DNA of 64,000 nucleotides from Gammaproteobacteria bacterium (GCA_965213995.1 OZ243929.1:184860-248859), one strand, 5' to 3'. Counted from the first letter of the stretch, positions 10,592 through 20,498 are shown. Numbers and translations: made by a program. Notes: generated by a model from the sequence alone, not told the origin.

Positions 10592-11074
10592 TCAGCGGGC
10601 GCGTTCCAGTACCAGCGTGATTCGCACCAGGCCGGGGGGTCCGGCCGGTTCGATATCGGCGCTGACCGTATGCACACCTTCCCGCGCGGCCATTTCCGCA
10701 AGCCAAGCGCCGATGCCGGGGAAGGGCGCATCCTTCAGAAGCAGCCGCACGCGGCGTTCACCATCGGCGCTGGCTTCCTCCAAGTAGGGGATCAAGCCCG
10801 CTTCCCGCAGCGCGCGGTTGGCCAACAGCAGCAGGGACGCGTCCGACCGCGGGCGGGGCGCGGGCAGCGTGGCCATGCGCGCTCGCAGCGCATCAGCCCT
10901 TTGCAGCAGGGCCTGCTCCGCGGCCAGCCCCTGCTCGAAGCGCTCCGCCCGCCGCATAAGCGGATCAGCCAGGAGATAAAACCACAAAACCGCGGCAAGG
11001 ACGGCCGCTAAAGCTCCAAGCATCACCTGTTCCCGCGCGCTGCGGGATTGCCAGAACTCAACGATTGCGTTCAT
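10592..11074 (-). CDS. gspM: Type II secretion protein M
   Basis: W..RS.REQ motif followed by one TM helix; follows gspL. Confidence 0.85.
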   Translation of the reverse strand: MNAIVEFWQSRSAREQVMLGALAAVLAAVLWFYLLADPLMRRAERFEQGLAAEQALLQRADALRARMATLPAPRPRSDASLLLLANRALREAGLIPYLEEASADGERRVRLLLKDAPFPGIGAWLAEMAAREGVHTVSADIEPAGPPGLVRITLVLERAR

Positions 11075-12281
11075 CGCGAATCTCCAATTCCGCCACCACG
11101 GCGCCGTTCGATTCCGGCGTCGCTGTTTGAATCACCACGGAATAGCCTGCGGACCGCAGGCGGCGGCGCCCCTCTTCGAGGGTGTCCGTGTTCGCGGCCC
11201 TAACCCGCGCTCCGGCCGAGCCGTTGCGGAAATTCAGTCCCATCATTTGCAACCGCTCTCCGCCAATGCGCTCCAATTCTCCGATCAGCTGTAGAAATGC
11301 GTCGCTGCGGGCCGCGGCGCCTAAATCCACGGCGCCGCCGCGCCGGCGCAGTTCTTCGCGCAAGTTCGCCTTTGACGAGACATCCGGCATCAACTGCGAA
11401 AGGCGGGCGTCCACGGCGCTGGCGACCGCCTCGTAACGGGCCTCGGCGCGCCATCCTTCAATAGCCAGGAGAGCGGAGTGGAGCAGCGCAACCGCCAGCG
11501 CCGCCAGCGCCCCCTTCCGCGCCCGCTGGCCCCTCTGATTGCGGCTCTTGAATTCTCCCTGCAATAGATCGACAGCCCGCCCGGACAGCGTTTCCGCGGA
11601 TAATTGCGCCATGACACCCTGCTGCAAGAGACGCAGTTCCACCTCGCGACCCGGGAGCTTGGCCATGGCTTCGCGCGCCGCCTGTTCCTGCGAAGTCCCG
11701 CAATAGACCAGCAGCCGAAACGGAACGGCCTCCTCGCCGGCTTCCTCGGCGCACAGAATATCCACCAGGCCGGCAAGCTCCGAGGGCGCTGCCGCCATGA
11801 TCTGTCCGGAGCCGCTGCGCATCAAAAGCGAATCGGGCTCCAGCAGCGCCAAAACGACATTGGGAATATCGGGCAGCGCATCCCCTTCGCTATAGGCCGA
11901 ATCCGGCTTCAGCCCTGCTTCATGGCACCGGCGCAGCCACCCGGCGAGCTGTTCCCGCTCGATTGCCGCCACTTCCAAGCGGTCGCCGGAAATCGGCCCG
12001 CAGGCGAAATGCAGGTCCTCCACATCGCCCGCGATCTGTTCCTCTAGCGCGTACCGCACTCCCTTGGCCGCGGCTCGCCGGCCTCGCGCAGGCAGATCCA
12101 GGCCGCTGCGAAACACCGCTCCAGCAGGCAGCAGCAGCACCACCTTGCGCCCTTCGGACAACGCGGCGGCCTGCTCAAGCTCTCCTTCGCCGCTCAATGC
12201 CATCGGCGCGCCGTGCGCATCCACCACCTGCCAGAAGGCAGGACCCCCGGAAGCGTTCAAACGAACAACCAGGGATTCCAT
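11058..12281 (-). CDS. gspL: Type II secretion protein L
   Basis: YALEEQIAGDVEDLHFA and DLLQGEF motifs; start overlaps gspK stop. Confidence 0.88.
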   Translation of the reverse strand: MESLVVRLNASGGPAFWQVVDAHGAPMALSGEGELEQAAALSEGRKVVLLLPAGAVFRSGLDLPARGRRAAAKGVRYALEEQIAGDVEDLHFACGPISGDRLEVAAIEREQLAGWLRRCHEAGLKPDSAYSEGDALPDIPNVVLALLEPDSLLMRSGSGQIMAAAPSELAGLVDILCAEEAGEEAVPFRLLVYCGTSQEQAAREAMAKLPGREVELRLLQQGVMAQLSAETLSGRAVDLLQGEFKSRNQRGQRARKGALAALAVALLHSALLAIEGWRAEARYEAVASAVDARLSQLMPDVSSKANLREELRRRGGAVDLGAAARSDAFLQLIGELERIGGERLQMMGLNFRNGSAGARVRAANTDTLEEGRRRLRSAGYSVVIQTATPESNGAVVAELEIRDERNR

Positions 12282-13252
12282 CAGCCTTCCGCGCCCTGCG
12301 GCGGCCATTGCGCGAGCCATGCCTCCGCGGGAATGCCTTGGCGGCGCCAGCGCGTCCGAACCGTTGCGGATTCGCGGTCCAGAAGGCTGGCAAGAAAGAA
12401 CCGGGCGCCCTCCACGTTAATGGCCACGCGCAGTTGAAACCAGTTGCTGGCAACCGCCACCCGGCCCGCCATGCCGGAAGGCAAGGCGCGTTGCGCTTCG
12501 GCCAGGTCGCGGATGCCTCCGCTTTTCTGCGACTCAAGCCAGAACCGCGCGCGAACCGGATCGAGATCGTCAGCCAGCGACAGCAGCACGGGTTCGCTTG
12601 CCGTGTTCAGGTTGATTGGCGTGGGCGGCCCTGGCACGGGCAGGGCAGTGATATGCGGCGCCAGAACGCTCCAGACCGCCGCGCTGAAGCCTTCCACAGC
12701 CAGCAGTTCCGACACGTCCTCAAGCGGCCGGTTGGGCGCCTGGTACGGCGGATCAAGCCGCGTGTAGGCTTCGTCCTCCGCCCCCGCCAGCGGCTGCGGC
12801 AGGTTGTCCGCGTCCATCCAGTCCAGCGCCTTGTAGGCCAGCGTGTCGTCGATATCAAGAATTCGAAGCAGCCGCTGGAACTGGGCGACGGCGATCATGT
12901 CCGCGGTTCCATGGAAAGTCACCAGATTGTTGACGTTGAAGCGGCCCTGCATGTCCTCCATGCCGCCCCGAAAAGCCCCCTGCCCGGGAACCGATTCGCT
13001 GATTCCCTGCGCCCAGGCTTCGCCGCGGTGGTCGGAAACGCTGGAGCGGGAGTCGGCGGCCAGCATCTCCGCGGCCAGCTCCTCGATGCCCAGCGCCATC
13101 ATGCGGGCGCGCGTGCTGCCGATCAAGGCTTTGGAAGACTGGCTGTCCAGCTGCAAGGAGAATATCCGCGCGGTGCCCAGCACGCCCGCCAGGCTCGCCA
13201 CCAGCAAGGCTGAAATAAGCGCCAAGCCGCGTTGCGAGCGGGGCGGCTTCAA
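12281..13252 (-). CDS. gspK: T2SS minor pseudopilin K
   Basis: QRG^LALISAL, DMQGRFNVNNL, DWMDAD, INLNTA. Confidence 0.92.
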   Translation of the reverse strand: MKPPRSQRGLALISALLVASLAGVLGTARIFSLQLDSQSSKALIGSTRARMMALGIEELAAEMLAADSRSSVSDHRGEAWAQGISESVPGQGAFRGGMEDMQGRFNVNNLVTFHGTADMIAVAQFQRLLRILDIDDTLAYKALDWMDADNLPQPLAGAEDEAYTRLDPPYQAPNRPLEDVSELLAVEGFSAAVWSVLAPHITALPVPGPPTPINLNTASEPVLLSLADDLDPVRARFWLESQKSGGIRDLAEAQRALPSGMAGRVAVASNWFQLRVAINVEGARFFLASLLDRESATVRTRWRRQGIPAEAWLAQWPPQGAEG

Positions 13253-13944
13253 GATCCAACCTCTATCAATCGCGTGATTTCCTCAGACCCGGCGGCAGCC
13301 AGGGTGAACCTCACGGCAACCGGCAGGGAATCGGCGGCATCGCCGGCCGGGGGCCAGGAATCCATCCAAGCGTTTGCGCCCAGCCCGCGGGCAGGCAGAA
13401 ACTCCACCCGGAGCCGTTGCACCTCCGCCAGCAGCAGCTCTGCGGCCGGCTGCGTGGCCGAAATGCGGTCGAGGACCGGCCAGTGCTCCCTGAGCAGGCG
13501 TCCGTCAATGAGCCGGTAGCGCACTCGCTGAAGCTCGGCGCGCGGAAGCAGCGCCGGATTCAGCCATCCGCCGCGAGTGAGAGCCAGTTCCGCTTGGGAC
13601 GCATCCAGCGCGGGATCATAGTCCTGCCCGAGGATGCCGCGCACCGGCCGCGGGCGCAATTGCGCGAAGTCGTTCTCGATCAATCGAACCGCGCGCTTGA
13701 CGGACGACCAGCGCTGCTGCGAGGCATCAAGCGCCTCGGATTGGTTGACGGCCCGTCCGAGGCTGCCGAACGCCAGCGTGGCCATCACCGCGAAGATCGC
13801 GAGGGCCACCAGCAGCTCGATCAAGGTGAACCCGCCCGCGACCTTGACTCGGGCCGCTTGCCGGTTTTCCCTTGGCACCCCGATTCCGCGCATAGCGATT
13901 GGCCTTAGGTTGCCAAGAAACGCATGAAAGAGCGGCGCTCCCAT
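13249..13944 (-). CDS. gspJ: T2SS minor pseudopilin J (start uncertain; alternative 13893)
   Basis: G^FTLIELLVALAIFA; RGGWLNP..LPRAELQRVRY. Confidence 0.88.
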   Translation of the reverse strand: MGAPLFHAFLGNLRPIAMRGIGVPRENRQAARVKVAGGFTLIELLVALAIFAVMATLAFGSLGRAVNQSEALDASQQRWSSVKRAVRLIENDFAQLRPRPVRGILGQDYDPALDASQAELALTRGGWLNPALLPRAELQRVRYRLIDGRLLREHWPVLDRISATQPAAELLLAEVQRLRVEFLPARGLGANAWMDSWPPAGDAADSLPVAVRFTLAAAGSEEITRLIEVGS

Positions 13945-14333
13945 CAATTGGGTTCCTCCGCATCCTCTAGGCCGGCGGGCTGGACGATGCGGACCATGCC
14001 GCGCGCCGACGCGATAGGCCGGGCATCGCGCGCCGACGCGATCCGCACCTCGACATCGCGCAAGGCCTCGACCCCGGAGTTCCGCACTCGGTACTCGACC
14101 CACCAGAGCCTGCCGGCGATTTCCTCCTGCCTCGCGGCACCCGGGCGCGGGGCCTGGTTCGCCAGCCGCAACGCGGTCAGCGCGTCCGCGGCGGCCCAGT
14201 TGGCCAGCGTGCGGCCGCGCAGTTGCTCCGCCGAGCGCGATGACTGGCCTAAAGCGGTGAACACGGCGCTGATGCCCAGCGCCACGACAGCCAGCGCCAC
14301 CAGCACCTCGGCGAGCGTGAAGCCCTTCTTCAT
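13944..14333 (-). CDS. gspI: T2SS minor pseudopilin I
   Basis: MKKG^FTLAEVLVAL; RTLANW. Confidence 0.9.
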   Translation of the reverse strand: MKKGFTLAEVLVALAVVALGISAVFTALGQSSRSAEQLRGRTLANWAAADALTALRLANQAPRPGAARQEEIAGRLWWVEYRVRNSGVEALRDVEVRIASARDARPIASARGMVRIVQPAGLEDAEEPN

Positions 14334-14938
14334 GGAAGCCTGATATCCAAGTGCCCCGAAGCTCCGAACTCCACGACCGCGCCCGCATCCGACGTGCTCT
14401 CCAGCTTTAGCGAGAAGGGCGTGAATTCGCCTTCGGGCAGCAAAATAATCTGGGGCGGCAAAGAAGGCTGCGGCAAACGGGACGGGGCCGCGCGCCCGTT
14501 GATCCTGAGCTCGAATTCAAGCCGGGGCGGCCACTTGCGGGGGGCCAGCGCGCCCCGCTGGCTCAAGGGAATCCACACAAGCTCCGGAAAGGATTCGCCT
14601 TCGCTTTCGGACGGCAGAAGCTCGTGATAGGAATAGCCCTGCGAATCAAACCGCAGGCCCAGCACCCTGCCTTGCAGGCGGCTTTCGTCCGCCGCTAGGC
14701 GCAGCGCGGCCGAGAGCCTGCGCGCTTCGCGCTCGACCCCGCTGCCTGAGGCGCCCGCTGAGAGCACCGCCATGCCGGTGAGCAGGCCGATCAGCGCCAG
14801 CACCACCAGCATCTCGATGAGGGTGAAGCCGCGCGGCGAAGGAGGCCATGCGGGCTTTGGCGGGGCTTCGGCCCGAATGCGCTTCGCGCCCTCTATCCTT
14901 GCATGGAAACGCTTGTTCCGGACGGCGGCCCGCGCCAT
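14330..14938 (-). CDS. gspH: T2SS minor pseudopilin H
   Basis: G^FTLIEMLVV; PQIILLPEGEFTPF. Confidence 0.88.
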   Translation of the reverse strand: MARAAVRNKRFHARIEGAKRIRAEAPPKPAWPPSPRGFTLIEMLVVLALIGLLTGMAVLSAGASGSGVEREARRLSAALRLAADESRLQGRVLGLRFDSQGYSYHELLPSESEGESFPELVWIPLSQRGALAPRKWPPRLEFELRINGRAAPSRLPQPSLPPQIILLPEGEFTPFSLKLESTSDAGAVVEFGASGHLDIRLP

Positions 14939-14943
14939 ATCGC

Positions 14944-15480
14944 TCACGGCTGCTGGTCGAGATTCCAGTTGCCTATGTCCTGGTCCTGCCCCTCGCCGCC
15001 TGCCTGGCCGTCCCGGCCTAGCGTGTAGATATCCACCTCGCCGTTGCGGCCCGGGTTGCTGTAGAGATAGGGACGGTTCCAAGGATCCATGGGCAGGCGC
15101 CGCATGTAGCCGCCTTGGGGCCAGCGCAGATCAGGGTCGTTGGGGCGCTCCGCCAGCAGTTGCAACCCCTCGGCATTGCTTGGATAGCGGAAATGATCCA
15201 GGCGGAAGATATCCACAGCGGCTTCGATTGCCTGGATATCGGCGCGGGCGCGGGTCATTCGCGCATCATCCACGCGGCTGACGTAAACACCGGTGGCGAT
15301 CGATGCCAGGATTCCGATGATGGCCAGCACCACCAGGATTTCCATGAGCGTGAACCCGCGATCCCGCACGCCGCGCCGACGGTCGCAACGCTTCCTGGCA
15401 AAGAGGGCGTTAAGACTTATCCGAGGACGCGGCGCCCTCGTTCCCGGCATTCGGTTCGACATATTTTCCGGCAGCGCCAC
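14944..15480 (-). CDS. gspG: T2SS major pseudopilin G (start uncertain)
   Basis: G^FTLMEILVV, YPSNAEGL, DPWNRPY.Y..PG, GRDGQ.GGEG...DIGNW. Confidence 0.93.
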   Translation of the reverse strand: MALPENMSNRMPGTRAPRPRISLNALFARKRCDRRRGVRDRGFTLMEILVVLAIIGILASIATGVYVSRVDDARMTRARADIQAIEAAVDIFRLDHFRYPSNAEGLQLLAERPNDPDLRWPQGGYMRRLPMDPWNRPYLYSNPGRNGEVDIYTLGRDGQAGGEGQDQDIGNWNLDQQP

Positions 15481-15749
15481 CGTTCAATCATGCCAGAGCG
15501 GGATGAAAGACGCTATTGCCAGCCTTGTCCAACCACAAATGAGCCTAATAAGGGGGCGCGGTTTCCAGCGGGAGGCAAGCCTGAAGCATCGGTTTTTGGG
15601 ATCATCGGAGGATGATCGTGACGTTGCGGACCGAGCGGATAGGGCCGGTGGGGACCGGGATTTAGCCTACGCCTTCTTGGGGCTGTCGCGGGCGCAGATG
15701 GCGCGTCAGCACTAGCCCGCATATTGCGCCAATCTGCGCCAGCTAAAGT

Positions 15750-15852
15750 CCTTTTCTTGCCCCTGCCTCGCGGGAGCGTCTGGGGCAGGATGCCCCAGCC
15801 GAGCCCCAGGGATGGGTTTATGCGTCTCCCGCGAGGCAGGGGCAAGAAAAGG
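15750..15852. repeat. MITE internal palindrome, perfect 27-bp arms
   Basis: CCTTTTCTTGCCCCTGCCTCGCGGGAG (15750-15776) and its exact reverse complement (15826-15852) around the core GGCAGGATGCC...ATGGGTTTATGCGT. Confidence 0.9.
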
Positions 15853-16050
15853 GCGAGGGCGAGCGCCGGCGGCGGCATCGCGCGAGCGCGCCGCCGGCGC
15901 CGCAGCGCTCCCTACGGAATCACCTTGCTGGGCGCGCTTATCAATGCGGGCCGCATTGCCGAAGCCCCCGGAAAGCTGTTGCGGGAATCGCCGCCGCCGG
16001 ACCGGATAGAGGACTTGCGCTCCCTGGGGGATCCCGGCGTGAAAGCGGTA

Positions 16051-16848
16051 TCAGGACGGTCCCTGATAGGGCGAATCGGGGCAGTAGTTCGTGGTGTCCG
16101 AGCGCCATTTCCGCTGCTCCGCGCCGTATGCATCGTCGTAGCCGTCGTCGCCTTTATTGACCCACACCCGATTTCCGTCCACTAATCTGTACTGAGGGTG
16201 CCAAGGGCCTTCCTCCGAGCAAGTACACATCCCCCAGGCCAGACCGCCTTGGGGGTGGGGCATGTAGTACTTGCCGCCAGGGGTATTGTCCGGCGAGGCG
16301 CAACTCTCGCCGGGAGTGTCTCGAACGGTGATGTCAACCGATCGCATGTTCGGATTGATGGTGTAGCCCGCGCCGCGCATGAGGACGACCCGGACCACAC
16401 TGCTGCCGGTGATGAGGAGGTCGTCCGGGAAACAGGGCGAGCCGGTGCCGCCGAATGAATTCAGTTCGGCCCAGCCCGTCATGTTGGACGTATAGCTCAC
16501 CTGGGAGCGCTGTCGGTAAACAGCGGGAGTTCTTTCGATATAGGCCGGCACGCCATAGTTTTTAAACCGGTCATGGCCGGAGACGGTGTAGGCGAAGATA
16601 TTGACTCTCACGCCTTGGGGGTTGCTACTGGCCCTTATCTGGACCGGCAGCCCATTGCTAGTGTCGCATCTTCCAACCGGGGATTCATTGACGACGCTGA
16701 ATCCGGAGACTATCCTCAAGCTGATTTCCGGCAGCACCTGCGCCATCGTCGGCATTGCTATTCCCATCGTGACCGCAAGCGCGGCGGCTGATAGACGGGC
16801 GATGCGTCTCCGAGGCGATGAAAAGCGCACGGTTATCTGATGTTTCAT
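16051..16848 (-). CDS. Secreted hypothetical protein, Calx-beta/Ig-like with Cys-rich tail
   Basis: GGAGG RBS before MKHQ; signal peptide; VVLMRGAGYTI...VDITVRD resembles Calx-beta-like ends; several Cys. Family assignment is tentative. Confidence 0.6.
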   Translation of the reverse strand: MKHQITVRFSSPRRRIARLSAAALAVTMGIAMPTMAQVLPEISLRIVSGFSVVNESPVGRCDTSNGLPVQIRASSNPQGVRVNIFAYTVSGHDRFKNYGVPAYIERTPAVYRQRSQVSYTSNMTGWAELNSFGGTGSPCFPDDLLITGSSVVRVVLMRGAGYTINPNMRSVDITVRDTPGESCASPDNTPGGKYYMPHPQGGLAWGMCTCSEEGPWHPQYRLVDGNRVWVNKGDDGYDDAYGAEQRKWRSDTTNYCPDSPYQGPS

Positions 16849-16890
16849 GGACACCTCCATTTCAGCGGCTTAGACCTATAGCGCCACCTT

Positions 16891-16922
16891 ACTATACCCC
16901 CCCCCCCCCCCCCGATTTGCAA
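16891..16922 (-). promoter_or_regulatory. Sigma70-like promoter with a G17 tract in the spacer (candidate phase-variable)
   Basis: Minus strand reads TTGCAA-ATC-G17-TATAGT; C run at 16897-16913; spacer 20 nt. Confidence 0.7.
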
Positions 16923-17027
16923 ATCGAGGGGCGCGGGGAAGGGCGGGCGGGGGCAAGCAAAATCCTGCGCGGCATCCACACCCCTTGGTGCAATATGCGG
17001 GTTAAGCCTCGCCTATAATTTCGGGGC

Positions 17028-17777
17028 GTGTCCAACGATTCCAACCTTTTCTCGCTCGATGGCGAAATCGCGCTTGTCACCGGGGCCTCACGGGGCATCG
17101 GCGCCGAAATCGCCAGCCAGTTGGCCGCCGCCGGAGCAGAGGTGATCGGCACCGCGACCACGCCCGGGGGCGCCGGGGGAATCGCCCGCCGCCTAGGCGG
17201 CGGGCATGCCGGGAAAGTCCTTGATGTGGAGTCCGGCGAAAGCGTCCGGGCGCTGATAACCGACCTAGGGGGCCAAGCGCCCACCATCCTAGTGAACAAC
17301 GCGGGAATCACCCGCGACAATCTGCTGCTGCGCATGAAACCGCAGGATTGGCAGCAAGTGATCAATACCAATCTCAGTTCCGCCTACCGCCTGTGCAAGA
17401 CCGTTCTTCGCGGCATGCTCAAGGCGCGCCGCGGGCGCATCATCAACCTGTCGTCGGTGGTCGGCGTGGCGGGCGCCGCGGGGCAGGGCAATTACGCGGC
17501 TGCGAAGGCCGGCTTGCTGGGCTTTACCCGGGCGCTGGCGCTGGAAGTGGCCGGGCGCGGCATTACGGTCAACGCCATCGCGCCGGGCTATATCGAAACG
17601 GACATGACGGCCAGCGTGCCGGCGGCGCGGCGGAAAGCCATGATCGGGAGCATCCCGGCGGGGCGGGCGGGAACGCCGTTGGACGTGGCTGCCGCCGCCG
17701 TTTTTCTGGCTTCGCCGGCGGCGGCCTATGTGACCGGCGCCACCCTGCACGTGAATGGCGGCTTGTGGATGGGCTGA
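17028..17777 (+). CDS. fabG: 3-oxoacyl-ACP reductase
   Basis: TGASRGIG, NNAGITRD, YAAAK; upstream of acpP. Confidence 0.95.
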   Translation: MSNDSNLFSLDGEIALVTGASRGIGAEIASQLAAAGAEVIGTATTPGGAGGIARRLGGGHAGKVLDVESGESVRALITDLGGQAPTILVNNAGITRDNLLLRMKPQDWQQVINTNLSSAYRLCKTVLRGMLKARRGRIINLSSVVGVAGAAGQGNYAAAKAGLLGFTRALALEVAGRGITVNAIAPGYIETDMTASVPAARRKAMIGSIPAGRAGTPLDVAAAAVFLASPAAAYVTGATLHVNGGLWMG

Positions 17778-17879
17778 CAGGCGCGCAAGGCAAAAGCGTT
17801 CCGCTGGGCGCTTATTCCGGTAAAATACGCCGCTGTCGAATTTCAGTTGGGTTTGTCCGGCCCATGGGGACTTGCATTT

Positions 17880-18119
17880 ATGAGCAACGTGGAACAACAG
17901 ATCAAGACGATCATCGCAGAGCAACTCGGCGTTTCCGAATCGAGCATTACGAACGCGTCTTCGTTTGTGGACGATCTCGGCGCCGATTCGCTGGATACGG
18001 TGGAGTTGGTCATGGCGCTCGAAGAAGAGTTCGAGACCGAAATCCCGGACGAGAATGCTGAACAGATCACAACCGTTCAGGAAGCCATCGATTTCATTAC
18101 AGCCCGTCTTGAAGAGTAG
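17880..18119 (+). CDS. acpP: Acyl carrier protein
   Basis: [20 protein letters not shown]. Confidence 0.98.
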   Translation: MSNVEQQIKTIIAEQLGVSESSITNASSFVDDLGADSLDTVELVMALEEEFETEIPDENAEQITTVQEAIDFITARLEE

Positions 18120-18179
18120 CCGGAGCGGCTCCTCCGGCGGCACGGCCGGAATAGGAGATCGAGGTTTGGCCGCCTTGAT

Positions 18180-19424
18180 ATGAAGGGTCGCCGCGTTGTA
18201 GTGACGGGCGCCGGCGCGATCACGCCGGTGGGCAACGATGCCGAATCCGCCTGGCAGTCGGTGGTGGAAGGGAAAAGCGGCATCACGGCGCATGAGGAGC
18301 TGCCCGATATAGCCAAGTTTCCGTCGCGTATCGCCGGACTGATCAGGGATTTCGATCCGGCCGAGTACATGGACCCGCGCGAGGCGCGGCGCTTCGACGC
18401 CTTTAACCACTACGGGGTTGCGGCAGGCGTGCAGGCGCTTGATTCCTCGGGCTTGGTTATCGATGAATCGAATGCGGAGCGCGTGAGCGTCTATCTGGGT
18501 TCAGGTATCGGCGGCATCCGCACCATAGAAAGCGCCTATCACCGCTACAGCGAGCAGAGCAATCCGAGGCGCATCTCGCCTTTTCTGGTGCCCGGCATTA
18601 TCGTCAACATGCCGGCCGGCCTGCTGTCCATACAGATCGGCGCGCGCGGCCCCAATATCGCCGTGGCCACGGCCTGCTCCACCTCCTCGCATTCCATAGG
18701 CCTCGGCGCCCGAGCCGTCGCCTATGGCGAAACCGATGCCTGCCTGGCGGGCGGCGCCGAGCACTGCATCGCCTACTTGGGCATAGGCGGGTTTTCCTCC
18801 GCCCGGGCGCTATCGTTGCGCAACGACGAGCCGGAGCGAGCCAGCCGTCCTTGGGACCGCGACCGCGACGGCTTCGTGCTCGCCAGCGGCGGCGTGTGCC
18901 TGATGCTTGAGGAATACGAGCATGCAAGGCGCAGGGGAGCCGTGATTCTGGCCGAAGTGAGCGGCTTCGGCATGAGCGGCGATGCGTACCACATCACCGC
19001 TCCGGCGGAAGACGGCGCAGGAGCCGCGTCTTGCATGCAGGCCGCATTGGACGATGCCGGACTGGATCCCGGGCAGGTCGATTACATCAACGCGCACGCA
19101 ACCTCCACGCCCCTAGGCGACCGCATTGAGGCGGCCGCGATCAAGCAAGTATTCGGCGACCACGCCGGGCGCCTCGCCGTCAGTTCGACCAAATCGATGA
19201 CTGGGCATCTGCTCGGAGCGGCGGGCGCGCTGGAAGCGCTTTACTGCATCTTGGCGATCCGCGACGGCGTGGCGCCGCCCACAATCAACCTGGATAATCC
19301 GGGCGAGGGATGCGACCTTGATTTCGTTCCCCATGCAGCCCGGAACATGGCGATCAATATCGCGATGAGCAATTCTTTCGGCTTTGGCGGAACCAACGGC
19401 TGTTTGATTTTCAGCCGCGTCTAG
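18180..19424 (+). CDS. fabF: Beta-ketoacyl-ACP synthase II
   Basis: RRVVVTG, ATACS, NAHATST, GHLLGAAG, SNSFGFGG. Confidence 0.96.
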   Translation: MKGRRVVVTGAGAITPVGNDAESAWQSVVEGKSGITAHEELPDIAKFPSRIAGLIRDFDPAEYMDPREARRFDAFNHYGVAAGVQALDSSGLVIDESNAERVSVYLGSGIGGIRTIESAYHRYSEQSNPRRISPFLVPGIIVNMPAGLLSIQIGARGPNIAVATACSTSSHSIGLGARAVAYGETDACLAGGAEHCIAYLGIGGFSSARALSLRNDEPERASRPWDRDRDGFVLASGGVCLMLEEYEHARRRGAVILAEVSGFGMSGDAYHITAPAEDGAGAASCMQAALDDAGLDPGQVDYINAHATSTPLGDRIEAAAIKQVFGDHAGRLAVSSTKSMTGHLLGAAGALEALYCILAIRDGVAPPTINLDNPGEGCDLDFVPHAARNMAINIAMSNSFGFGGTNGCLIFSRV

Positions 19425-19469
19425 CGCCATGGCGCGCCCATATCGCGGCATCGGCGCGTCACTGCGGCA

Positions 19470-20498
19470 ATGACCGGCAGCCCCAAGCCGGGAATAATGG
19501 CCGCGACGGCGGCGCTGCTTGCAATGACAGGGCTTTACGCGGCCCGGTGGGCGCTGGAGAGTCCTGTGGAGCAAAGCGCCGGCGGCAGTGTGTTCGTGGT
19601 GGAGGCCGGCCAATCGGTGGGCGCCGTTGCCCGGGGCCTTGCGGAGGATCAGGTTCTTTCGCGCCCGGGGCTGTTCAAGCTGGCCGCCTTTCTGTCCGGC
19701 ACGGCTGCCAGTATCCAGGCGGGGGAGTACCGGGTCCGCGATGCCGATACGCATCGCAGGCTTCTGCAACGCATGGCGCGCGGCGAGGTCGTGCAACGCT
19801 ACTTCACCATCATAGAGGGATGGACGGTCACCGAGCTTCTTGCGGCGCTGCGCGCCGAGCCGGCTTTGGTTTCCACGCTCGCGTCCAAGAATCCTGAGGG
19901 TCTCGCCGGTGAACTGGGCTTGGGGCACGAGCATGCCGAGGGGCTTTTCTTTCCTGACACCTATGCCTACACGCACGGCGAAACGGACGCGGAGCTGCTG
20001 CTGCGCTCGCATGCGCTGATGCAGGAAAAGCTGCTCGCGGCATGGAACGGACGGACGGACGCGCTGCCGCTCGACAATTCCTACGGAATGCTGATACTCG
20101 CTTCCATCGTGGAACGCGAAACCGCGATCGATGCCGAACGCGCGGTCATTGCAGGCGTGCTGGCCCGGCGGCTCCGGCAACGCATGCGGCTGCAGGTGGA
20201 CCCCACGGTCATTTATGGTTTGGGCGAATCGTACTCGGGCGATATCACTCGCGCCCATCTGCGCAACGACACGCCCTACAACACCTACACCCGCCACGGA
20301 CTGCCGCCGACGCCCATCTCATTGCCCGGGCAGGCATCATTGCAGGCGGCAGCGAAACCTCAATCCGGGAGTTACCTGTACTACGTGGCTTCCGCCAACC
20401 TCGACGGCACCCACGTTTTCAGCGATACCCTTGCCGAACACAATGCCGCAGTATCCGCAATGTTGCGAAGCCAGCGCACCCGGCAGGGTCGGCAATGA
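19470..20498 (+). CDS. mltG: Endolytic transglycosylase MltG (YceG)
   Basis: EGLFFPDTY, LASIVERE, MRLQVDPTVIY, PYNTY..GLPPTPI. Confidence 0.95.
   Translation: MTGSPKPGIMAATAALLAMTGLYAARWALESPVEQSAGGSVFVVEAGQSVGAVARGLAEDQVLSRPGLFKLAAFLSGTAASIQAGEYRVRDADTHRRLLQRMARGEVVQRYFTIIEGWTVTELLAALRAEPALVSTLASKNPEGLAGELGLGHEHAEGLFFPDTYAYTHGETDAELLLRSHALMQEKLLAAWNGRTDALPLDNSYGMLILASIVERETAIDAERAVIAGVLARRLRQRMRLQVDPTVIYGLGESYSGDITRAHLRNDTPYNTYTRHGLPPTPISLPGQASLQAAAKPQSGSYLYYVASANLDGTHVFSDTLAEHNAAVSAMLRSQRTRQGRQ

Larger units (their letters stand above)
15716..17001. mobile_element. Non-autonomous MITE-like element carrying one passenger gene
   Basis: Terminal IRs CCCGCATATTGCGCCA (15716-15731) and TGGTGCAATATGCGGG (16986-17001), 15/16 match; flanks CTAG and TTAA; both ends recur elsewhere in the window; no transposase inside. 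Confidence 0.6.
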
